Shown piece by piece: positions 9,801-17,465 of a DNA stretch of 37,308 nt; position 1 is the stretch's first letter, and the number at the start of each line of letters is the position of its first letter. A program made the translations under genes and the position numbers. Source of the DNA: Verrucomicrobiota bacterium (GTDB lineage: Bacteria; Verrucomicrobiota; Verrucomicrobiia; Opitutales; Opitutaceae); NCBI GenBank assembly GCA_043743635.1, contig JAYTWC010000571.1:1-37308 (forward strand), given 5' to 3'. The notes under the pieces are model-generated. The model was not told where the DNA came from. It saw only the letters and a list, made by a program, of their open reading frames with translations, and ran no database searches.

Positions 9801-10406
9801 GCTTACCTCCGTGAAGAGGAGGCTAACTTCGCCGATCTCCCCTCAGCCGCCGTGCAGCCGCTGCGCGATCTCGCCTCCTCCTCCGCACCTTATCGCGGCC
9901 AGGTGCTGCCGTTGGCACGAACGGCGCTCACGCAAGTCCGCACCGAAATCGCCAAACGTCTGGAAGCCGAACGGACCACCGCGCTCGGAATCCTCGACGA
10001 GCGCGAGACTCAACTCCGGAGCACTCCAGAATTCCAAGGGCTCAACGACACCTCGATCCAACAAGTGCTGCGCCTGACCTCCGAGGCTCGGAAAACAATC
10101 AAAGAGGCCCGCTTCATCCCGGCGATTCGCGACCGCGTCTCGCGCTATACGGCGCAGGATTATCCCACCCAACTTGCCGTTGCCTCTAACTATGCCGCAG
10201 CTACCAAAAGCGCGGCATCCAGTCCTTTACCTGGAGCGGTCCAGGAAAGCCCGACGAAATCGCCGACCTACGTCGCTGCCACCTCCCTCCGCGCTTCCTG
10301 CGGCCTGTCCTACATCGCGAACGAGGCCGACCTCGACAAGTGGCTGGCTGCCTTGCGGTCGACCGCCGCCGCTGAACTGGCCAAGGGCAATCGGATCAGT
10401 CTTTGA
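6894..10406 (+). CDS. brxC: BREX ATPase BrxC/PglY (P-loop NTPase)
   Basis: 1170 aa from ATG6894, 4 nt after the brxB stop. Walker A is GFFGSGKSH and Walker B is RLNFFVDEAG. Size and position are typical of type 1 BREX BrxC. Confidence 0.9.
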   Translation: MQIQQLFAKPVDRPIEGVIKADDSRHLRTELEEYVVTAEINKGLGEFCERYLNETNANGVWISGFFGSGKSHLLKILSLILDQSPLEGGGRAADLLLPRIEDEILRGELSRITKIPSRSILFNIDQKSDAIGGDRGSPVLEVFVKVLNELQGYYAQLPYVAQFEADLDARGQLAPFKAAYLKATGRSWEKDLPTINTLENEDFAKVYAEFFSKAYDEGLRLFDRARESYRVSIESFAQRVQAYLAKQGKDFRLNFFVDEAGQFIGQDTKLMLNLQTIAESLSTVCKGRAWVLVTSQGDLQRVLGELDGAAAQDFTKIQARFKTRLTLTSADVREVIQKRLLAKKEPEPEVLTSIFDTEKDNFQTLLRFGDGSVEYKGWRGSDEFCAFYPFHPYQFDLFQRAIEQLSRHNAFTGKHTSIGERSMLSVFQEVIKQLKQDPVGRLASFDKFFEGIATALQGQLLTSVRQAERQLDNPVAIRILKALFLLKWVREFKATPRNIAILLLDQPTVDIRAHEKTVHEALALLEGQSYLQHHGECYEFLTDVEKDIEVEIKNTDIDDSALAKLVSDILYADILRDPKIRYEGNGQDYAYVRRLDDELMGRDGDLAVNIITTEHTNHGDLGVLAAQNTGKPELLVVLPPDARMMDEARLILKTNKYIQHNTGLDIDAARRSILTQRGQQNSVRRTNLQELCSELLGKAPLFLNGSRLSDIGEGDARNRLAKGCQALISFAYPSLRMLRGNYDEPMLAKTLLDADDLLAAGGMALSEAEQEVLTYVMRNQASGERTSVEAIVRELGRRPYGWYPLAIVTLLARLFRLGKVELRTAELLDARSALEALRNPRQHGSVRVRPQETFDASKVNALKRFHQDFFDRTNLGTDPRSAGLATVSAFATEKTILKDLLAQSTRYPFLSTLDSVAERIGKLADRDYAHVINQLPEFQDPLLDAKQDLLDPVKSFMAGAQRTAYDEAIAYLREEEANFADLPSAAVQPLRDLASSSAPYRGQVLPLARTALTQVRTEIAKRLEAERTTALGILDERETQLRSTPEFQGLNDTSIQQVLRLTSEARKTIKEARFIPAIRDRVSRYTAQDYPTQLAVASNYAAATKSAASSPLPGAVQESPTKSPTYVAATSLRASCGLSYIANEADLDKWLAALRSTAAAELAKGNRISL

Positions 10407-10537
10407 ACTCAACATTCAAGAACGATCCGCATTTCTCGTTGTGCGAAAATAATTTGTAAGCTATTACCCTCCATTTAACTAAACTTATAAAGCACGATAA
10501 ACTTGAATAGTTTACCGTGCATTGTAAGTATATCGTC
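10407..10537 (+). promoter_or_regulatory. AT-rich 131-bp spacer inside the BREX operon, candidate internal promoter/operator
   Basis: This is the only markedly AT-rich intergenic stretch inside the operon. It contains repeated TTGTAAG (10454-10460, 10522-10528) and TAAACTT motifs just upstream of the wHTH gene. No promoter elements were assigned with confidence. Confidence 0.35.
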
Positions 10538-11524
10538 ATGGTATCGCTCAAAGACCGGCTGATAAAGCATGTGGAAGCCCTCACCGGTGATCGCCTTGAT
10601 CTGTCCGCGAAGGAGGCTTCGTCACTGCCCTTGTTCCTACGCGAAAGGTATGCGGTGTTTTCCGCCCGGTTGTTTGGGCGAAAATCAATCATAGCCCTTG
10701 AAGCTGAAGGCTGGGAGATTGGGTCACCCGGCGAATATCGAAAGCATGCGGACGCCCTCAGCCAAACTCTCAATGAGCCGGTCGTGTTGGTTCTGCCAAT
10801 TCTCCCGTCCTATGCCAGAAATCGGATGGTCCAGATGGGCGTTCCGTTCATTGTCCCGGGCAGCCAAACCTTTCTCCCCGCCGGCTTGATTGATTTGCGT
10901 GAGCGGTTTGCCCAGCCCGGTCTCAAACGGCGCGAAACCCTCAGTCCTGCCGCGCAATGCACCCTCCTCTACCACCTGCTGCGCGGCCCGCTCGCAGGCA
11001 GGCCGCTCAAGGAGATCGCGGAGAAACTGCACTACTCGCCGATGATGATCACGAAGGTGAAAGACGAGTTTGAGGCGGCAGAAATCTGCCAGATTGTCCG
11101 GAGCGGTCGCTCAACCGTCTTGAATTTCACCGCAACCGGGTACGACCTTTGGAAACGCGTTGCTCCTCATCTGACTTCCCCCGTCAAAAAAACGCGTTGG
11201 GTAAATTGGGGTAAGCCAACAGCCCCCGCATTGCTTGCCGGGATGAGCGCGCTGAGCGAGCGCACCATGATCAGCGCCGAGCGCCTGCCCACCTATGCCC
11301 TGACGCTCACGGCCTATCAGGACCTGTTGGAGCGAGGGGGCATGGCAGGTTGCCGCGATGCCGAGAGCGCGACGGCAAGCATTGAGGTCTGGTCCTACAA
11401 TCCGCACCTCTTCGGCGACGTCCGGATGGTGGACCCGCTCTCCCTCTACCTGAGTCTCCGTGCGACAGAAGACGAGCGCGTTCAGCAGCAGCTGAATCGG
11501 CTTATCGAGGAGGTCAAATGGTAG
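10538..11524 (+). CDS. wHTH protein, AbiEi-like antitoxin/regulator candidate
   Basis: Track ORF starts at GTG10517, but ATG10538 (MVSLKDRL) is preferred. There is a central winged-helix-like segment (LLYHLLRGPLAGRPLKEIAEKLHYSPMMITKVKDEF) and a C-terminal VDPLSLYLSLRATEDERV motif like the partners of AbiEii NTases. Its 3' end overlaps the next gene by 7 nt. Confidence 0.55.
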   Translation: MVSLKDRLIKHVEALTGDRLDLSAKEASSLPLFLRERYAVFSARLFGRKSIIALEAEGWEIGSPGEYRKHADALSQTLNEPVVLVLPILPSYARNRMVQMGVPFIVPGSQTFLPAGLIDLRERFAQPGLKRRETLSPAAQCTLLYHLLRGPLAGRPLKEIAEKLHYSPMMITKVKDEFEAAEICQIVRSGRSTVLNFTATGYDLWKRVAPHLTSPVKKTRWVNWGKPTAPALLAGMSALSERTMISAERLPTYALTLTAYQDLLERGGMAGCRDAESATASIEVWSYNPHLFGDVRMVDPLSLYLSLRATEDERVQQQLNRLIEEVKW

Positions 11525-12300
11525 GGGGCCTCGATCTTTTTCGTGAGCGTTTCAAAGAATTTGAAGGCTCCTTTGTCCTGATTGGTGGAGCTGCCTGCGA
11601 CGAGTGGTTTGGGACCGCCGGGCTGGAATTCCGGGGCACCAAGGATCTCGATATCGTCCTGATCATCGAAGTGCTGTCCCCGGCTGCCATCAAGGCGCTG
11701 CGGACGTTTGTCTCCGACGGAGGTTATGAGATTCGCGAAAAAACCGAGGGAGTTCCAGTGCTCTATCGTTTTGCCAAGCCTAAGAACGAAGCTTTCCCAT
11801 ACATGCTGGAGTTCTTCAGCCGCAAACCTGAAGGCATCCAACTGGGCGAGAAGCAGGGCATCGTTCCCGTGCGGGCCGATGCAGATCAGCACAGCTTGTC
11901 GGCCCTGCTGCTGGATGACGCCTACTATTCGTTGATCCAAAAACACCATGCCGTTCACGACGGGCTCCCCTTTGCCACCGCGACCGCGCTCATTCCCCTG
12001 AAGGCCTTGGCCTGGCACAACCTGACCCGAGACAAAGCCGCCGGGCTTAAGGTTGATTCAAAGAATATCACCAAGCATCGAAACGACGTCTTCCGCCTAG
12101 CCGGCACTCTGCCCGGCCAGCCAGGTCCAGAACTGCCAAAGTCCATTACGGACGAGCTCGACCGTTTTCTCCATTCCTTCCCAGAGAAATCACCGGAATG
12201 GCCATCGATCCTCGCTGCGCTGAAAAACACCTTGGGCGGCAGGATTCAACCGGCTGCCTTGCGCTTGGCGATTCAGGTCTTTTTCCGTCTCACTCCATGA
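11518..12300 (+). CDS. Pol-beta-fold nucleotidyltransferase, AbiEii/AbiGii-like toxin candidate
   Basis: 260 aa. The NTase signature is FVLIGGAAC...GTKDLDIVL (GG-x-A ... D-x-D). Its stop overlaps the pglX start (ATGA at 12297-12300). Confidence 0.6.
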   Translation: MVGGLDLFRERFKEFEGSFVLIGGAACDEWFGTAGLEFRGTKDLDIVLIIEVLSPAAIKALRTFVSDGGYEIREKTEGVPVLYRFAKPKNEAFPYMLEFFSRKPEGIQLGEKQGIVPVRADADQHSLSALLLDDAYYSLIQKHHAVHDGLPFATATALIPLKALAWHNLTRDKAAGLKVDSKNITKHRNDVFRLAGTLPGQPGPELPKSITDELDRFLHSFPEKSPEWPSILAALKNTLGGRIQPAALRLAIQVFFRLTP

Positions 12301-15300
12301 ACCTTTCCGCCCTCAAGACCTTCGCCCCCGCCGTTCGCCTCCAACTGATGGAGGCTGTCACGCGCAAACTGGACTTCGTACTGACCGGGGACACCGCCGA
12401 TCTGCGCGCCATGAGCGCTCAGCGCGCGGTCTTGCGCGGTGAGGCCACGCGGAACCGTGCGGGGCTTGTCGAACGCGTCGCCTATATTTGGTTCAATCGC
12501 CTGGCTGCGCTTCGTTTCATCGATGCACAGGGTTGGCATCCGTTTGGCGCTCGCGTGCTCACCGCCAAAACCAGTGACGAGACCCAACCTGAACTCCTCC
12601 GTCTGGTTCGTTCCGGACAACTCCCCGCGGAGCTCGCACCGCACACCGATCCTGACCGGCTCAATCGCCTGCTCGATGGCGAGCTACCCTCGCCGAACCC
12701 GCAGGCCGAGGTTTATCGTCACCTCGTGCTCGCCGCCTGTCGCTTTTATCACGCATTGCTGCCCGCGCTGTTTGAAAAACTCGACGACGAAACCGAACTG
12801 CTCCTGCCCGACGATTTGCTCACGGAGCATTCTGTCGTTCACGGTTTCCGCACCGCAATCGCCGACGCCGACTGCGCGGAGGTCGAGATCCTGGGCTGGC
12901 TGTATCAATTCTATATTTCGGAAAAGAAGGACCAGGTCATGGCGCGAAAGAGCGCGGTACCCACAGAGGATATCCCTGCGGTCACCCAGCTTTTTACTCC
13001 GCATTGGATAGTTCGGTATCTCGTGGAGAATTCCCTCGGACGGCTTTGGTTGCTCAATCGGCCGCAGTCGAAACTCCGGGAAAAGATGCCTTACTATATC
13101 GAAGGTGAACCGGAGGCAGATTTCCTGAAGATCGGCAAACCGGAGGAAATAAAAATTATCGATCCGGCCTGCGGCAGCGGGCACATGCTCACGTATGCGT
13201 TTGATCTGCTCCAAGCGATCTACGAGGAAGAAGGTTATGCTCCGTCCGATATCGCGGGGTTGATCCTGCGGCACAATCTCCACGGCGTGGAAATCTGTGA
13301 TCGCGCCGCCACCCTCGCTGCCTTTGCGCTTTGCATGAAGGCGCGCAGCTGCGACAAGCGCTTCTTCAGCCGCGTGGCCCAACCGCAGATAATCGCTTTG
13401 CAGGAAGTGCGCTTTGAAGAAGGCGAACTTTCGGCCTATTTCAGTGCGCTCGGTGCTCAGCCTTCAACGCTCCACCCTGAATTCACTCGACTCCTCAACC
13501 AATTCGAAGAAGCCAAGAATTTCGGGTCGTTGATTCAACCCTGTCTGACCGAGCCGGAGATTCAGCGTGTCCGTTCCGAGATCGAAAATCGTAAATCGAA
13601 AATCGTAAACGACGCCGACCTCTTGGTCGGCGCGACGCACCTCAAAGTCCTTCGCGTGCTCGAACAAGCCCAGGCCCTCACCCAGCGGTATCACGTCGTC
13701 GTGGCTAATCCGCCGTATATGGGGAGCGGCTCGATGAATACAGGGCTAAAGACTTACGCAGAGACGTACTATGCGAGGTCACAATCAGACCTTTTCGCTA
13801 TGTTCATCGAAGCTAACCTCCGGTTGTCGCGATCTGGTGGCTATGCCGCTCTGATAACGATGCATAGTTGGATGTTCATCTCGTCCTTCGAAGAATTACG
13901 AAGTGCTTTAGTTACCCAGCACGCATTCCTGTCAATGATTCATCTCGGGCCTCGTGCCTTTGACTCAATTGGTGGGGAGGTCGTCCAGACGACCGCTTTC
14001 GTGCTTCAAACACGAAGGCCTACTAAACGCACGACTGTATTCAAGAGGCTTACGAAAGGCGCCTGTGAAGCGGAAAAACGGGCCCTATTTGAGGTGGAAG
14101 CTAACACCTACGTCCGCCCTGTTAACCTGTTTGAATGTGTTCCAGGGAAGCCTTTCGCGTATTGGGCAAGTCCGTCGCTTTTAACTGCCTTTAAGAAGGG
14201 CACTGCTCTTGGGGAGCTTGGTAAGCCAAGGAAGGGGCTCGTGACACTGGACGACCGCCGATTCACACGGAGCTGGTGGGAAGTAGATGGTTGTAATATC
14301 GCGCTCGGCTGCAAGACCCGCAACGCAGCAAAGGAGACGCAAAAAAAATGGTTTCCAATAAATAAAGGGGGTGGTTTCCGGCGATGGTTTGGTTTTGCTG
14401 AGCAAGTCATCAACTGGTATCGCGACGGAGAGGAACTCAAGTCATTCATCGTCAGTCGCTATGGCGGCGGATCATATACCAAAGAAATTCGCAGTGAAGA
14501 ATACTATTTCAAACCGTCAATAACGTGGGGAAAAATAAACACCACGGCGCCGAGCTTTAGAGTCAGCCCAGGTGGATTCATCATGGGAGATGCGGGCCCC
14601 TGTATATTTATCGAGCTGGATTTGCTTCCAGTTCTTGGCCTACTGAACTCCAAAGTAAGCCACTCAGTTATCGAGTTGCTGTGCCCGACAGTGAACGCAG
14701 GTTCTGGTGACATCTCGAAAATACCCGTGTTGTTTGCCCCGAGCCGAAGTGATCACGGAACGGTAGTATCGGAGGCCGTAACGATTTCGCGCGCCGACTG
14801 GGACAACTTTGAGACCTCATGGGATTTTCGCGACCAGCCGTTGCTGCGGTCGGGGCTGAAGGGCGCGACGCTGGAGACGAGCTGGCGGAATTGGGAGGCG
14901 CAGAGCACCGCCGCCATCCGGCGTATGCAAGAATTGGAGACGGAGAACAATCGGCTCTTTATTACCGCCTACGGCCTCAACGGCGAATTGTCGCCGGAAG
15001 TGCCCGAGGAGCAAATCACCCTCGCCCGCGCCGACGCCCGCCGCGACATGGCCGCGTTCCTCTCCTACGCCGTCGGCTGCATGATGGGCCGCTACTCGCT
15101 CGACCTCCCCGGCCTCATCCTCGCCGACGCCGGCGCGACCGTGCAGGACTACCTAGCCAAAGTACCCAAACCAACCTTCGTTCCCGACGAGGATGGCATC
15201 CTGCCCGTACTCGACGGCGAATGGTTCGAGGACGACATCGTCAGCCGCTTCCGCGAATTCCTCCGCGTGACCTTCGGCGACGCCACGCTCAACGAGAATA

Positions 15301-15773
15301 TCCGCTTCATCGAAGAGTCACTCGGTCGAGATCTCCGCAAATACTTCCTCACCGACTTCTACAAGAACCATCTTCAAACCTACAAGAAGCGCCCCATTTA
15401 CTGGCTCTTCCGCAGTCCGAAAGGTGCCTTCGCCGCGCTGGTCTATCTGCACCGGATGACCCGCGACACGCCGAACCTGATTCTCAACCGCTACCTCCGC
15501 GACTACCTGCAAAAACTCCGCGCCCGCCTTGAGCACCTCGTCCACGCCGAAGCCACCGCCGGCACCGCCCGCGAAAAAACCGCAGCGCGCAAAGAGAGCG
15601 ATCAGCTCAAGAAAAACCTCCGCGAATGTGAAGAATGGGAACGCGACGTGTTGTTGCCCCTGGCCCAAAGCCGCCCCGAACTCGACCTCGACGACGGCGT
15701 AAAGGTCAACTACCTCAAACTCGGCGAAGCCCTCTCCCCCATCCCGGGTCTGGCGACGAAGGAGGAGGACTAA
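12297..15773 (+). CDS. pglX: BREX N6-adenine DNA methyltransferase PglX
   Basis: 1158 aa from ATG12297 (MNLSALKTFAP...), internal to track ORF 12198..15773. SAM motif I is IIDPACGSGHML and catalytic motif IV is VVANPPYMGS. The conserved C-terminal tail is DLDDGVKVNYLKLGE. Confidence 0.9.
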   Translation: MNLSALKTFAPAVRLQLMEAVTRKLDFVLTGDTADLRAMSAQRAVLRGEATRNRAGLVERVAYIWFNRLAALRFIDAQGWHPFGARVLTAKTSDETQPELLRLVRSGQLPAELAPHTDPDRLNRLLDGELPSPNPQAEVYRHLVLAACRFYHALLPALFEKLDDETELLLPDDLLTEHSVVHGFRTAIADADCAEVEILGWLYQFYISEKKDQVMARKSAVPTEDIPAVTQLFTPHWIVRYLVENSLGRLWLLNRPQSKLREKMPYYIEGEPEADFLKIGKPEEIKIIDPACGSGHMLTYAFDLLQAIYEEEGYAPSDIAGLILRHNLHGVEICDRAATLAAFALCMKARSCDKRFFSRVAQPQIIALQEVRFEEGELSAYFSALGAQPSTLHPEFTRLLNQFEEAKNFGSLIQPCLTEPEIQRVRSEIENRKSKIVNDADLLVGATHLKVLRVLEQAQALTQRYHVVVANPPYMGSGSMNTGLKTYAETYYARSQSDLFAMFIEANLRLSRSGGYAALITMHSWMFISSFEELRSALVTQHAFLSMIHLGPRAFDSIGGEVVQTTAFVLQTRRPTKRTTVFKRLTKGACEAEKRALFEVEANTYVRPVNLFECVPGKPFAYWASPSLLTAFKKGTALGELGKPRKGLVTLDDRRFTRSWWEVDGCNIALGCKTRNAAKETQKKWFPINKGGGFRRWFGFAEQVINWYRDGEELKSFIVSRYGGGSYTKEIRSEEYYFKPSITWGKINTTAPSFRVSPGGFIMGDAGPCIFIELDLLPVLGLLNSKVSHSVIELLCPTVNAGSGDISKIPVLFAPSRSDHGTVVSEAVTISRADWDNFETSWDFRDQPLLRSGLKGATLETSWRNWEAQSTAAIRRMQELETENNRLFITAYGLNGELSPEVPEEQITLARADARRDMAAFLSYAVGCMMGRYSLDLPGLILADAGATVQDYLAKVPKPTFVPDEDGILPVLDGEWFEDDIVSRFREFLRVTFGDATLNENIRFIEESLGRDLRKYFLTDFYKNHLQTYKKRPIYWLFRSPKGAFAALVYLHRMTRDTPNLILNRYLRDYLQKLRARLEHLVHAEATAGTAREKTAARKESDQLKKNLRECEEWERDVLLPLAQSRPELDLDDGVKVNYLKLGEALSPIPGLATKEED
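15660..15737 (+). repeat. Direct repeat copy A (functional pglX 3' tail) matching 19456-19533
   Basis: Hand alignment gives 70/78 nt identical to 19456-19533, in the same reading frame (LAQSRPELDLDDGVKVNYLKLGEALS vs LAQSRLELDLNDGAKVNNLKLGESLS). Confidence 0.8.
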
Positions 15774-15777
15774 ACCC

Positions 15778-16977
15778 ATGGCCGACGATGCATCACAATT
15801 TTCGGCATCCGAGCCCGCACTGGGTTACTTGTATCAAATTCGATACGCTTTGCTGGAGGTTTTTCACCAGCCGGAGGAATCCGTCTGCTATATAGAAAAA
15901 GACGATGATGTAGATTTCAGCGATCCGGAGGAAGGCCGCATCCTAGCATCACTGAAGCATAAGGCACCCGGTGACACGCTTACGAATTTGTCGCCCGACT
16001 TTTGGAAATCAGTGCGCATTTGGCTAACCGATTACCTTAAAGATCCGGATTCTATAGTCCCGGCACGTTATTATTTGGTTACCACGGGAAAGGTTCAGAT
16101 TGGGTCGTTGCTAGCTTCATTTTTGCCGAACGCTCAGCCACCAGGAGATCTTCAAACCCAGATCGACGGGGTACTCGCTAGCTCCACATCGAAGACGATA
16201 AAAAAGACCCGCGATCTATTGGCTTTGCTCCCCCCGGCAAAATGGAGCCATTTTTTCCAGCGGATCACTATCTTCGATATTCAAGAAAGGATTAACGAGA
16301 TACCCCAGCGGATCATGAGCGGATTTCGATCAGTTCGTCCAAAATTCCGCCTTCCCGTTTATCAACGTCTAGTGGGATGGTGGGATGAGGAGTGCATCAA
16401 GCTCTTAACCGGCCAACGCAAGGAGCCGTTCCGCGGCGCAGAAGTATCTGAGATGCTCAGTTTTTTTTCGGAGCAGTTTCGAGATGACAATCTCCCAATC
16501 GATTTCGAAAAAGCCGAACCCGAAGGCGGCGTAAATCCTGATTCGGATAACCGGTACTTCGTTAAACAGCTTCGAGCGATCGGGCTTAAATCAGACCGCA
16601 TTACCAGAGCGATTCTCGACTACTATCGCGCCTCAGAACAACGCGGCGCGTGGCTCCGTGAAAACGTCACGCTCGACGGCGAGGTAGAGAGATACGACGA
16701 TCGGTTGGTTGAGGAGTGGGCTCGCATTCGCGAGATCACCTTCGAAGACCTAAGCGACGACGCTTCCGAAGAAGTGCTTCAGCAATTGGGCAAAAAACTG
16801 CTGACCGACCTTTCAACACGAGATAATCCCAATCTCCGCATTCGGAGGGAGGTCACGGCGAGCTTCGTATCAATGGGCAGCTATCATATCCTCGCCAATG
16901 ATACGTGTCCACGGGTACACTGGCACCCCCGTTTCACAGAACGCGTCGCCGAAATTCTCCACGGGAGGAAAACATGA
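15778..16977 (+). CDS. ABC-3C effector component: DUF4297/Cap4-type PD-(D/E)xK nuclease N-domain plus ABC-3C C-terminal domain
   Basis: 399 aa starting 4 nt after the pglX stop. The N-terminus GYLYQIRYALLE...CYIEKDDDVDF...ASLKHK matches the DUF4297 nuclease pattern. It is the first gene of an ATGA-coupled triplet with a middle component and a DUF3732 ATPase. Confidence 0.7.
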   Translation: MADDASQFSASEPALGYLYQIRYALLEVFHQPEESVCYIEKDDDVDFSDPEEGRILASLKHKAPGDTLTNLSPDFWKSVRIWLTDYLKDPDSIVPARYYLVTTGKVQIGSLLASFLPNAQPPGDLQTQIDGVLASSTSKTIKKTRDLLALLPPAKWSHFFQRITIFDIQERINEIPQRIMSGFRSVRPKFRLPVYQRLVGWWDEECIKLLTGQRKEPFRGAEVSEMLSFFSEQFRDDNLPIDFEKAEPEGGVNPDSDNRYFVKQLRAIGLKSDRITRAILDYYRASEQRGAWLRENVTLDGEVERYDDRLVEEWARIREITFEDLSDDASEEVLQQLGKKLLTDLSTRDNPNLRIRREVTASFVSMGSYHILANDTCPRVHWHPRFTERVAEILHGRKT

Positions 16978-17465
16978 AAACGTGGGACAAACGACCTCGC
17001 GAAGTTCGCACCCTTTTCAACCCTGCCTTCTGCGGATTGGTTTTGGCCAGAGGGATCGAGGGCTTCGCCACAGAAGCCGGCCGCCCCATGCCATTTTCGC
17101 TAACATTGTTGATCCTTCCACTGTGCTTGCACAAACGAACCCGCGAGCTGCTCAAAGACGCCAATCGATCTTACCTGACGAACATTCTTCAGGAGCATCC
17201 AGAGATTCGCGTCGATCTGGCGCAACGGGCTCGCGGTTTGTTTTCCTACACCATGGAGGCGTTCGCCTATCTCATGGCGTGCGAGGTCATTGAGGTAGAC
17301 GGCAGCGGAGGGATAGCCTTGCGCGCCGACGCCCGCGTCAGGAAAACCATTGCTGGGTCTCAGGACACTAAAGACTGCCAAACCGTAGCTCGTGCCTTGG
17401 GCACAAAGCTGGCCCGGATCAATGATCGGGCGACCATTTATACAACGCTAGGAATCAGACCATGA
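16974..17465 (+). CDS. ABC-3C middle component
   Basis: 163 aa from ATG16974, internal to track ORF 16905..17465, with GGAGG upstream and ATGA overlap with the upstream stop. MKTWDKRPREVRTLFNPAFCGLVL...LTLLILPLCLHKRTRELL is typical of three-component ABC system middle components. Confidence 0.65.
   Translation: MKTWDKRPREVRTLFNPAFCGLVLARGIEGFATEAGRPMPFSLTLLILPLCLHKRTRELLKDANRSYLTNILQEHPEIRVDLAQRARGLFSYTMEAFAYLMACEVIEVDGSGGIALRADARVRKTIAGSQDTKDCQTVARALGTKLARINDRATIYTTLGIRP

Noticed and set aside
14819-15532. 237-aa same-strand alternative-frame ORF within pglX, extremely Arg/Pro-rich.
   Set aside because: It is a frame-shifted reading of the about 72-75% GC pglX 3' region. The composition (RRRPPRH...) is not protein-like, and the pglX frame carries the conserved motifs.
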